64,000 bases of DNA from Octopus vulgaris (lineage: Eukaryota): the NCBI GenBank assembly GCA_951406725.2, contig OX597830.1, positions 11,718,001-11,782,000 of the forward strand, read 5' to 3'. Every line of letters begins with the position of its first letter. Position 1 is the stretch's first letter. The notes under the pieces were generated by a model. That model worked only from the letters and a program-made list of their open reading frames with translations, ran no database searches and was not told where the DNA came from. The position numbers and the translations under genes were made by a program. Positions 50,829-63,440 of this stretch are shown in pieces.

Positions 50829-51810
50829 TATTCTTTATTAAGCACTCAGGCTTTTACACAGAGGGGACATCACAAGGACAGACAGAACACCACAGTGGGA
50901 ACAAATAACATAAAACGAATGAAAATGGGGAAAATATATAATAAATGAAAAGGAAATGGCTGCATGAGCCCCATTCTCATGCAGTACCATTTCAACTTCT
51001 TACTGGCAGTTCATAATCTTTTCTACTTTCCTTTTGTTTCTTTCCATTAGTATCGTTTTTTTAAAAGAAATTTTACTTACTCCTTTTTTTTAAGTTCATA
51101 AATGGTTCTAATCCTCTATATTCCATCACTGGCGGTAGTTCATCAAACTCCACCTCAAATCCCGGCGGATCGATATTCCTTCCAAATATTTCCTTTAACC
51201 TGTTGTACCGCTCTTTATTCCCTAACAATTGCTCTCACATTTTCCGTGTAAATCTCTGTAGGCAACTTAATCCTTATTATGGATTTAAACTTCATTATCT
51301 TTTTTTCTATCGCCGTGCTCTTGGCGTATGTCACGAAATTCCACTTATGCTTCTTCGGCTTTCATATCTGTTTGTTTTTTCCTTGCTCCACCCTTGGCGC
51401 CATTTTCGAGATGCCCCCTCTCTGGGGGCACCTCGCCGTCATGCGCGCCCCCCGCCCCCCGCATTGATAACACATTGGAGGCCTGCCCTCCACTACCACT
51501 CCCAGCCCCACAACCTCCGGCAAATCCACCTCCTCTGCAGCTCTGTCCAAGTCACCCAAACCTGCCCGTACGGCCATCTCCACGCCACAACCCAAACAAT
51601 CCAACCCACTGGCTCCCGCCACCCCAAATCACCTCTACGTCCTCCTCCATGCCAAACATTACCTTTGCCACCAACCACGCTTCATCCACTTCCGAGGTCG
51701 CCCTTCCCACTCTCACCCCGGTAACACGCCCGTCACAGTAAACCGGCAATAGCACCCATGCCTCCGTCCCTTCGCTTAGGTATTTTGAACTTTGGTTACA
51801 AATCCAGCGT
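50829..51810 (-). mobile_element. ORF1-only retroelement copy 3, 5'-truncated
   Basis: LLPVYCDGRVTGVRVG..AWLVA, VVVEGRPPMCYQCG..RCP, C-terminus FGRNIDPPGFEVEFDELPPVMEYR then 3' UTR, hairpin 50960-50984 and tail. Confidence 0.8.
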
Positions 51811-51818
51811 GTACTTAT

Positions 51819-51867
<49 letters not shown>

Positions 51868-51965
51868 CACATATATATATATAAATATATATATATACAT
51901 ATATATATACATACATATATATATATATATACATACATACATACATGCATACATATATATATATA

Positions 51966-52010
<45 letters not shown>

Positions 52011-52642
52011 CTATATCTATATATGCGTTTGTGTGTGTAAATTTTATGTGTAAAATTGTGTGAGCGTGATCATATGCCTACATTGCATATTTGAACAGTA
52101 GATAGATATATTAATGCACATACGATTGAAATCGGAGCACAAACGTGTTTCGCTCGTGATTTCAATATCCATTTCAGAATAAAAAGAGTATATTTTCATA
52201 ATTAGCGTCCAAAACTAATGCAATATATATTAATTATGGTTTTATATAACTTTTAGCAGAAACAAAATTGATAAATAGGTTTTTATTTATCTCGATGGAA
52301 AGGTCATTTTCTATACTCGCAGATGTTTGCATTTAAAAAATTTCATACGAAATTAGATAACTGCTATCAAGTCTCCTTAGTATAGTCGGTCATTTATGGG
52401 GGTGTCAGTTACCTATCGCACTAGTACCAGATCATTTACGAACCGCTTATCTTCCCTCGAGAGATATCGTTTGCACAACTGTAAGCATTCGTCAGTTATT
52501 CCCTCCCTCCAAAAACACAAAATAACGTTGAATTTTAAAAATCAGTTGCTTAAACCTTCACTCATTCGCACACGTTGATACTCGCACACATAATACATAC
52601 ACTCACGCATACATATTATACATGCGTATACCACCTGTATGA

Positions 52643-52643
52643 A

Positions 52644-52707
<64 letters not shown>

Positions 52708-52727
52708 ACTCACTCAATCAATCAATT

Positions 52728-52762
<35 letters not shown>

Positions 52763-52820
52763 CAATCAATCAATCAATATATCTATCACTCACTCACTCA
52801 CTCACTCACTCAATCAATCA

Positions 52821-52894
<74 letters not shown>

Positions 52895-52912
52895 ATATAT
52901 ATATATATATAT
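52643..52912. repeat. (TATC)n/(TCAA)n/(TCAC)n microsatellite
   Basis: Read directly from the sequence. Confidence 0.95.
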
Positions 52913-53414
52913 AATCCGATTGATCTGTTTAAATTGTGCGCCAAACAGATTCTATGACGATGAGGTAAGCACTTACCTTTAGTTGCTGCTCACCAAACCA
53001 AACTATAACCTTTTGAAGAGACTAAGAAACTTAACCATCTGTACTTATGTATATATAGTTAAAGGCTTTAGTAAATGCTTGTGAACAAAAAGTTAAAAAC
53101 TGCCTATTACTTTGGATGGGAAATGTCTTCAAGTTGTTTTCAACAATCACATTCACATTGGTTTAATTACACAAAAATTAGACAAGACATCTTTTTCCCC
53201 AGTAATCTAGAGGGAGAGCAAAAGAGAAAAAAGACTAGGGCACACAGTACATTTAAGTTGGTCAATAAATTAGGTAAAAGCGTTGATGAGTCACCCCACC
53301 TACCACGATAAACGCATTTAAACATATATACATACGTACAATTCTCATCAATAAAAATTGAAAAATAAAACTGAAAACGCTTGAATATAGCAACCATACG
53401 TAATTATCACCTTC

Positions 53415-53801
53415 GGATCGTTTCGGTTTGAACGGCAGTTTTTTCTAGCGGTGTCATATGAAATTGTGACCCATAATTATGACCCTAGTATCGATCTATT
53501 GCATTTCAATCTGTTTTAGGGTTAGGGTTAGTTAGAGTTAGGGTTAGGGGTAGGGGAAAGGTATCTTTTTTTGTTCAAAATTGTAAATTTTTTTTTTTAC
53601 TGCAATAGACGTCAGTGATTGGTTGAAATTGCCGAAATGCAAGAAATTAAAGACCAAATATCTTACAAACTATAGAATTTTCTCAATAAAGCCAAGAGAA
53701 AAAGATGTTTTATAAACACATTCTACCAGTATACGAAGTTTAAAATTTTTTAGTTACCTAGAAATTATTTTAAAAATCTGCCGGTCAAAGTGAAAAGGTC
53801 C
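53415..53801. mobile_element. MITE, 8-bp TSD, internal TTAGGG repeats
   Basis: TSD tcaccttc. Confidence 0.9.
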
Positions 53802-54140
53802 TCACCTTCAAATAGGAGCTGTCATTGTGAAACTTTATCTACAAAAGTGAGTAACAGAAATCACCCAGCTGTTTATAAGAGAGATGAGGGACTCTCAATA
53901 AAAGCCACAGACGTTCCTTCTCAAGGGTTTACAGATTAAGTTTGGTAAAAAATTTTATTGTGAGAAAAGGATGCAATGTGGAAAGAAGGATATCCAAAAT
54001 AGGTGTTATTTTTGTATTACACCAAAACATACTATCAATGGTTATATCACTGAGACTTCGACAGGAAAGCTTCAGAATAGGAATAAATATGATCTTTTAT
54101 TGGTGATATCTTATCGGTTGCTACCACCAAAGTGTCAGTG

Positions 54141-54227
<87 letters not shown>

Positions 54228-54228
54228 G

Positions 54229-54289
<61 letters not shown>

Positions 54290-54709
54290 GTATATGTATG
54301 CCATGCTAGACAGCATTAACAGTTCTGATTTTAAAGAACAAAGATATGCATATGTTGAAGAATTACTGGTCAATTTCACGCCAGAATCTGATGTTTAACG
54401 TGTATATAGCATGTCTGAACTTATTTCTTCAACACCAGCGTGATAAAAAGATCATTAGAGCTGAAAAAATACTGATATGAAAAACGTCTCGGGATATTTT
54501 CAGAATCTTCCAAATTAACAGAACTGTGATACCAGAAGTGCAACGACTCTGAAGGAATTTGGTTATAATCTGGTTGGATTGTATGAAATATAAAAAGAAG
54601 CTAAGCCAAAAATCAAAAGGTTGCAACGAAAATCTCCAGCTGCGGATTCTGGAGAATATTTAGATTGATAAAAGGTCTGGACACTATAATCAGGGACAAA
54701 CTGGTTGGG

Positions 54710-55090
54710 GAAGCACTCCGTCGGTTACGACGATGAGGGTTCCGGTTGATCCGAATCAACGGAACAGCCTGCTCGTGAAATTAACGTGTAAGTGGCTGAG
54801 CACTCCACAGACACGTGCACCCTTAACGTAGTTCTCGGGGATATTCAGCGTGACACAGAGAGTGACAAGGCCGGCCCTTTGAAATACAGGTACAACAGAA
54901 ACAGGAAGTAAGAGTGAGAGAAAGTTGTGGTGAAAGAGTACAGCAGGGATCACCAGCATCCCTGCCGGAGCCTCGTGGAGGTTTTAGGTGTTTTCGCTCA
55001 ATAAACACTCACAACGCCCGGTCTGGGAATCGAAACCGCGATCCTATGACCGCGAGTCCGTTGCCCTAACCACTGGGCCATTGCGCCTCC
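54710..55090 (-). mobile_element. SINE family B
   Basis: Full length; flanking repeat acaaactggtt. Confidence 0.92.
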
Positions 55091-55372
55091 ACAACAAACT
55101 GGTTACAACCCGTACCATTATCGTGAAGCTAAATACAAGAAGTGATTATATGAATGGTACGCATCGTGTCGATGGTGACGTATTGTTTGACGAAGTTTAA
55201 TGCTTGATATTGACGGGTAGAAATCGACAATATCGAACTGCGTGAATTTGAAGTTACATTTAAGGCTAATTTCCTTGAACCAATCTATAACTGACTTACT
55301 ACGGCCCCAAAATCCGTAAATTTAATTCCCTATTTAACTTGCTTAAAAGTGTTTATGTAATATTGTTTATGT

Positions 55373-55753
55373 GGAGGCGCAATGGCCCAGTGGTTAGGGC
55401 AGCGGACTCGCGGTCGTAGGATCGCGGTTTCGATTCCCAGACCGGGCGTTGTGAGTGTTTATTGAGCGAAAACACCTAAAGCTCCACGAGGCTCCGGCAG
55501 GGGATGGTGGTGATCCCTGCTGTACTCTTTCACCACAACTTTCTCTCACTCTTACTTCCTGTTTCTGTTGTACCTGTATTTCAAAGGGCCGGCCTTGTCA
55601 CTCTCTGTGTCACGCTGAATATCCCCGAGAACTACGTTAAGGGTACACGTGTCTGTGGAGTGCTCAGCCACTTCCACGTTAATTTCACGAGCAGGCTGTT
55701 CCGTTGATTCGGATCAACCGGAACCCTCGTCGTCGTAACCGACGGAGTGCTTC
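55373..55753 (+). mobile_element. SINE family B
   Basis: Full length; flanking repeat taatattgtttat. Confidence 0.92.
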
Positions 55754-55784
55754 TACTCTAATATTGTTTATACTGGCAACGAGC

Positions 55785-56075
55785 TCCCCAATCCTATGGA
55801 GTTAGTGATTTGCTCACAGAAAGGTAGAAAAGCTATCCTGATACATAGCTTCTTCGTGAACGACTTGAAGGTATATACTATATGGGCTGCTTTGAACACT
55901 ATCAAAAACCCAGAAACTACGATCTACCATTTAGAATTAGTGACTGTAGGAGCATTTGGAATGGTAAAAAAAGGAAATGAAAATTAATTGAGAATGATCC
56001 CTGGCTCACTATCCAGTGCAAAAGATTGTTTAACGGGTACGTCACACGTATTGAGAAGAGCATTGTCGAGTTGAG
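55785..56075 (+). pseudogene. R4/Dong-type (restriction-like endonuclease) LINE C-terminal relic
   Basis: LVTVGAFGMVKKG..IPG..VQK..GTSHVLRRAL resembles the PVVIGALG..IQK..LGTA.ILR ending of RLE-type LINEs. Confidence 0.6.
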
Positions 56076-56149
56076 AACGATTACCACCCATGTAAATTTA
56101 TTTTTCTTTTCATAACTTCATTTAATTTTGCACGTTTTTATTTTCAAAT

Positions 56150-57241
56150 TTTCTTCGAACATTTGCTTCGAAGAAAGTAAACATTGAAGATGGCGACGAA
56201 AAGCTGGAGTGAAGAAAGAAGGTGGCACGGCAATTTGCATGTGGACTTCCCCGTCCTCCCCACCACGATTGGCAGCAGACAACAGAGAGAAAAGAAGGAC
56301 GAAGAAGAAGTGAAGAGCCAAGAAAAGAAGAAAGAAGAGGAAAAGCAGAAAAGGCGAGAGAAAAGAAAGAGTAAAGTCTTCCTCACTACATGGAAATTGT
56401 ATTAGCACGAAGAACAACATTGACAACAGCGGCTGCGAAGAATCTAACAAAAATGGAATTAGCGGTGGGGAAGAAACTTTTGCAGATATCACAAAAGCTT
56501 GGGTTAACATCTCATTGGAGAACAAAATTGAAAAACTAAACAAGGCAGTAGAATTTATGAAAATGAATGGGAGTAGGGCAGAATCGACGCCTCCGAACAA
56601 CTGCTCAGAGCAACAGCGAAACGAACAGTCGTCTACAGGTGTGTAAACACAAATACAAGGAAGCTCGAAAATGCTAAACGCGACCAGGTGGAAATAGCCC
56701 TGAAAAACATATGGCAAGATATCCACTACATTGCGAGAGAGAGGCAGTAAAGCGGGGTAGAGGTCCTTTTTAAGACCTTTTAAAGCAGGCAATGCAGAAC
56801 TAGGTGATCACCGAGGAAATTACCCTCTTCCCAACGTATGTGGGAAGGAGAGTGGTACGAATCACAATACCTGCAGTCCCGCCAGGATTGGATCTATGGT
56901 AGAGTCTCGTGTGTATTTGTAGGGACGGCGGGCTGGAAAAATCCCCTGGACGTAAAAAGATCGAGAAGGGAGAATTGGCTTGGGACAACCGTGGAGGTTC
57001 TTCTCCACGTGAAACCAGAGCAGTTAGAGGAAGTCCCAGACTTGATTTCCCTCTCGAATGGAGTAGCTTTGAGGGTGATCGTGGAGGGCAGAAAGACGAG
57101 ATACCACGATTGTAGTTTAACAGCCCACTTACGGTTTTTCTGCCCACAGAACCAGAGTAGCAGGACAGAAAGAAATGACCAAACGAAGGTACCTCCACCA
57201 GCACCAGCACCAGCACCATCACCACCACCATCACCACCACA

Positions 57242-57309
<68 letters not shown>

Positions 57310-58195
57310 GAGAGGCAAGGGAACAGAAACAGAAATGGAACCCAAGGAGACAAAACAGAAAGATGTCACAGTAAAGGTGGCAGTGGGGGTTCCCAGCGGA
57401 ACCCAACAAAACAGACAGGGTGGGAGAACTACTCGAACACAAACAGCACCAGGAGAGTAAGTGACACGCTCTGTTTCCTTTGCTCACTTTCTGGCCAGCA
57501 TGGCGGTTCTTAAAGTAGGGTGTGTAAATAAATGTACGTGGCTTGGGGGTCGTCGTGGAAGCAAGGACGCTTGCGCAACGACCTCAGGTGGCTTAGTTTG
57601 GATGTAATAGCTGTCAGTGAGACACACGGACCTTGGCTCCCATTTTCGATGACTTTGAGATTTTCGCATCTCTTGTCAACTGGGAATGGTGGGGTGGGGT
57701 GGCAGTGTTGTTCAGAAAAGGCCTGGATCTTGAGATACGGTCAGTCTTCCTGGACCCGGAAGGTAAGTCGGTGGTCCTGGACGTGAGGGACAACGAAGGC
57801 AGTGCTTTTAGACTGGTCGCAGTGTACGCACTGGTTTGGGGCAGCCGGAGTTCTTCAGACACCTGGAGGCCTTTTTAGGGACGTCTCGCTCTTTAGTGGT
57901 AGTGGGCGATCGGGAAGCCATTTTAGATGCGCGTGTGGATTGGGTGGGGCTAGCGGATAGGAAAGCGAGGTGCGCAAGCTTTGCAAACCTGCTTAGTCGT
58001 TTCCAGTTGGCGGACAGGTTCAGACTGGATGTCCTGAACACTCCAGTGTGGACATGGGCAAACAGTGTCAGGTCATCCAGATCTTATCTAGATAGGGTAC
58101 TTTGTAGGCCAGCAGTTAGGAATAGCATAGGGTGTCCACAATTTGAAATCATCAACTACACAGACCACACATTTGTGATCTATACAGTTGACCTT
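56150..58195 (+). mobile_element. Tx1/L1-like LINE: ORF1 plus APE endonuclease of ORF2, truncated before RT
   Basis: ORF1 LFPTYVGRRVVRITIPAVPPG, NWLG, EEVPDLISL..VIVEGR + decayed knuckle; ORF2 from 57500 MAVLKVGCVN/VRGL..LDVIAVSETH..VVVGD.EA..SYLDRVL..YTDH. Confidence 0.9.
57243..57308 (+). repeat. (AAC)n expansion within ORF1
   Basis: About 22 units, read directly. Confidence 0.95.
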
Positions 58196-59282
58196 TGAGC
58201 ATTTGAGGCACAATGCTTTATGAGTAAAAAAAGGGAAACTTTGCAGCCGAAGCGACTCAAAACATACACTCAATTTATGGGAAAGAAAGCTTAATGAAAG
58301 AACTTTCAGAAGATGGTTTGCAAAATTCAGAAGTTGAGATTTTAGACTTGGAGATGAAGACCGAACAGGACGTCCAGTTGAGTTTGATGATAAGCTCCTT
58401 GAGGCATTACTTGAAGATAATCCTGCATTATCAGTTGAAGAATTGGCAATAAAGCTTACTTCAAACCATACGACTGTTCATCGTCATCTTCAACAACTTG
58501 GAAAGGTTTCTAAACTTGGAAAATGGGTGCCTCATGAATTGTCCGAAAGCAACCGCAAATCTCGAGTTGACATCTGCTCTTCTCTCCATTCTCGCGAACT
58601 AATTTCACCCTTTTTAGATAGACTTGTGACTGGTGACGAATAATGGATCTTCTATCGAAATGTTAAACGTCGTAAACAGTGGCTTGGTAAAAGAGAAAAA
58701 GCTTAACCACAACCGAGAAGGGAACTTCATGGGAAAAAGGTTCTTCTATCTACCTGGTGGGATTGCAAAGGAGTAATTCACTTTGAATTGTTACCACCTA
58801 ATGCAACAATCAATGCTCAAGTCTACTGTCAGCAATTAGAGCGTTTGAACCAAGCTTTGAAGGAAAAAAAGACCCGCTTTAGTGAATCGAAAAGGCGTGA
58901 TGTTTCACCAGGACACTGCGCGACCCCACACTGCAAAGATCACATCACAGAAGATCGAAGAGCTTGGTTGGGAAAAAATTTATCATCCACTTATTCCCCC
59001 GACCTTGCTCCTTCAGACTACCATTTGTTTCGTAGTTTACAGAACCATTTGGGGGACATAACTTTCGCAAGCCAGGAGGAGGTCGAAACTGGCATTTCAG
59101 AGTTCTTCGCTTTGAAACCAAAAGAATTTTACATTGATGGGATTAAAAAGCTTGTAAATAGATGGAAGGAAGTCATAGATAATCAGGGAAAATACATTGA
59201 TAATTAAATTTCAATTAAACATAACATTTGATCACTTGTTTTCTTTATTCAAAATTCGGACAGAACTTATGGGATGACCTGA
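58196..59282 (+). mobile_element. Mariner relic lacking its 5' TIR
   Basis: WVPHEL, LVTGDE*WIFYRN, YSPDLAPSDYHLFRSLQ; 3' TIR gaacttatgggatgacctga + TA. Confidence 0.92.
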
Positions 59283-59628
59283 TAGTTTGCATGGATGGCT
59301 CTGTGGATTTAACCACTACGGATCCCTATATCCCTCACTTGACATTCTGTTTACCAGGTTTTTTGCATAGAGTGTTGACTGAGGTATTCGTCAGCTTTTC
59401 TTCAATTCATACTTTCTGTCATCGTATAGATATATATAAAACAAAAGTAGTTTGGCAATCGTTAATCAGTTTAACTCACCAGTTTTCATTGTGCTTTCCG
59501 TTCTCAGTAAAATTGTAAATTAAAGATGTGCAATCTAAAATTGTGTTTTAGTGATTTCATAACAGCAATCGGCCTTTATCCCACATGCTGCAAACTTCTA
59601 CTTCAATCCCTTCTTAGACACATTTTTC

Positions 59629-60055
59629 GGATCTTTTCAGTTTGAACTTCAGTTTTTTCTAGCGGTGTCATATGAAATTGTCACCCATAATTATGACCCT
59701 AGTATCGATCTATTACATTTCAATCTGTTTTAGGGTTAGGGTTAAGGTTAGGGTTAGGGGTGGGGGGAAGAGTATCTTTTTTTCTTCACAAATGTAAATA
59801 AACCCAATCTGTTTCTTAAATGAGGGACATATTCATACGGCACAGAATGTTTTTTTTTTTTTTACCTCAATAGACGTATTTGATTGGTTGAAATTGAAGA
59901 AAAAAACAACAAATATCTTACAAACTATAAAATTTTCTCAATAAAGCCAAGAGAAAAAGACGTTTTATAAACACATTCTACCAGTATACGAAGTTTAAAT
60001 TTTTTTAGTTACCCAGAAATTATGTTAAAAACTGCCGTTCAAACCGAAAAGATCC
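59629..60055. mobile_element. MITE, 427 bp, 8-bp TSD, internal TTAGGG repeats
   Basis: TSD catttttc. Confidence 0.92.
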
Positions 60056-60285
60056 CATTTTTCTATTAACTTTAAAACGTAATTTATATCAGTTACTTAA
60101 CATGGTTTGCTAAAAAATCTAAATATCTTAGTACATTTTCCATACAATGCCAAAAATAAACAAAATTACTATTATTTCTGAGGTGCGCGTGTGTGTATGT
60201 GACTTGTAGGTTAGGCTAGTCTTAAATTTTACCTTCGTTTTAACTAAAGCAAACAGTATTTCGACATGACTATTCAACTGAATTA

Positions 60286-61800
60286 CGAGATTGGGTTGAA
60301 AAGTTCATAAGCTGACTATGAAGGAGTGATACCAGAGTTGTGAAATCTTTCATCCATTAAATTCAAACCTTTTTAATAACCTAATGTTTCTTTCCGAGTA
60401 AACTGACTTCTGACTGTTCAAAGAAGACTTCAAAAGTAATTAGTAGTGATTTCTCTTGAAAATAGACAAAAATCTGGCATCGTGGTATTATCAAGTAAGG
60501 CGTTGAGCTGGCAGAAACGTTAGCGCGCCGGGCGAAATGCTTAGCGATATTTCGTCTGTCGTTACGTTCTGAGTTCAAATTCCGCCGAGGCCGACTTTGC
60601 CTTTCATACATTCGGGGTCGATAAATAAAGTACCAGTTACGCACTGGGGACGATTTAATCGACTTAATACCTATGTCTGTCCTTGTTTGTCCCCTCTATG
60701 TTTAGCCCCTTGTGGGCAATAAAGAAATAGGTATTATCAAGTACCTGCAGAAAAAAAGCCCGCAACAACAACATTCGTCATGACATTAGAAGATGACGCT
60801 CTAGCTTTATCAACAGTGCAAAAATGGGAAGCTGAATTTAGGAGGGGCAAGGAGAGTTTTGAAGATGGTTCATAGTCTAGATGTTCTGCAAATGCCACCA
60901 CCGAGGAAAACATTGATTGTGTTTACCATATGCTGACAGATGACCGGCGATTGGCTATAAATTAAATAGCCAATGCTATTAACATATCCCTTGAGAAAGT
61001 GGAGAATATTCTGCACAATGAACTTAGCATGCCGGAGGTTCCTTCTCAGTGGCTGCCACGTCTTCTGACACCTCATTAAAGGCATACCAGGCCGATCACA
61101 TCACAGGAAAATCTGATATTGTTTGAAGCAGATCCAGCTGGTTTCCTCGAACGTTTCCTAACCCAGGATGGGTGTTGGGTTCATCACTTTGAGTCAAAGA
61201 CACAGAGACGATCCATGTAGTGGAAATATCCTTTCTTACCCGCTCCAAAGAAGGCTAAGGTCATTTCATCTGCAGGGAAGGTAATGGCCTCCATTTTTGG
61301 GGATGCAAAGGCATTGTGTTTATTGTGTTTATCTTCAAAAAGGGCCAACTCATCAATGGAAAGTACGATGCGAACTTGCTGAGGCAGTTACGAGAGGCTA
61401 TCAGGACCAAATGGCCATGAAAACTGATGAGAGGACAATGCTTCAGCACACAAGTCTTTGGTTTCAATGGCTATTGTACGTGACTGTGGCTTTGAACTGG
61501 CTTATCACCCTCACTGTTCCCCAAATTTGGCCCCGTTCTACTGTCATTTGTTCCCAAATATGAAATAAAAAGAAATCCACTTGGTAGTATCGCAGTGATG
61601 ATGACGTCATAGCTATTGTTGGTGAGTTTATTTTTTGGCCAACGGAATAAAAGCTTCTTCACCAATGGGATCCAAGCACTGCAGCACCGATGGAAGAAGT
61701 GTGTGGAGAGCAAGGAGGACTACGTTGAAAAATAAATCTCATTTGGTTACATTCTCTGAGAGTATCTTGGTCGGCCCATGAATTTGTCAGGCGAACCTCG
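60286..61800 (+). mobile_element. Old mariner relic with a SINE insertion
   Basis: TA-cgag..aaaagttcat / atgaattt..cctcg-TA; WLPRLLT, FLTQDGCWVHHFE, SAGKVMASIF. Confidence 0.85.
60499..60729 (+). mobile_element. SINE family A
   Basis: Full length; 14-bp TSD ggtattatcaagta. Confidence 0.93.
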
Positions 61801-62721
61801 TATATTATTACGTTTATGTGATGTTATATCACAGATATTGCAGCTTTTGCGATATTCGGTGGCAAGATGGAGAGCACTGAGACACCATTGTTACAAGCTT
61901 TCAAGTTTGTCATATTCCTTTCAATATTCTGCATTCCTTCATCATTATTTGACAAAAGCAATATTTTTTTTGCTTAATCGTGACACATAACACAGGTATT
62001 ATATGAAAGAAAAAAAAAGAAGAAAAAGGAATGAAAAAATATAAAGAAGCTGGTTTATGAAATTTTTTCTCTATTCGTTCTCTACGTTTTTCTTTCAATC
62101 TGACTCTTTTAGTTAAAATAACAATACACAACTTGTTCCTATAACAAATCCATGCGACAGACAGCGATACTAAAAAATTACACGTGACTCAAAGTTGCCG
62201 TGTAACGAAGCTAACAACATACGTTCTTACTGCAAATGTAGTCGTCTGAAATTAATCAATTATATGTCGACTGTCAACTCCTCTCTATCGTTCTATCTTT
62301 AATAATTATTCCTACACGCAAATATACTTTACCTACATAAGAGTAAGACTACCAATAACTCCTAATAAAACGGACAATTTTTCATTGACTTTTCAATTAA
62401 TATTTCCAATATTAAACAAGGATTTAAAGCATTCAATGCAATTAATATTTGGGGATTTTGTAAATATTTCCCGGTTATTTTTGCGATCATTTTGATTTGG
62501 TTGAAAGGCCTCTAATTAATGAGCGTATTTCTTCAAGGTTTAATTGTTTTAGTGAAGTTGTGCCAGAAGATCGAAAAGGGGTTACAGAAGCAGTTTATAG
62601 GGAATTTGGTACCTATTTTAAAGCGCTCAAAACAGATTCTATTTTCTAATTATTTTTTTATTAATTTTTCTATATAAAATGCATAGAAAACCTGGCAAGA
62701 TTTTAAAAATTCATTGTAACA

Positions 62722-63303
<582 letters not shown>

Positions 63304-63440
63304 AAACTTTCATAACCATCGTTATGTATCTGTCCAACTGTTCGAATAATTGCTTTCCACTTTACGCATTTCTTTAATCTTCTACCTTTATCTCTGATTT
63401 GTGCTTCTCATGCCATTCTCTCTGACTTGAAAATGCGCGC

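Noticed and set aside
55373-55445. tRNA-like sequences at SINE heads
   Set aside because: They continue into SINE bodies with TSDs; not standalone tRNA genes.
55455-55707. Recurrent ORFs MFIERKHLKL.. and MVVIPAVLFHH..
   Set aside because: They recur only because they lie within SINE family B copies.
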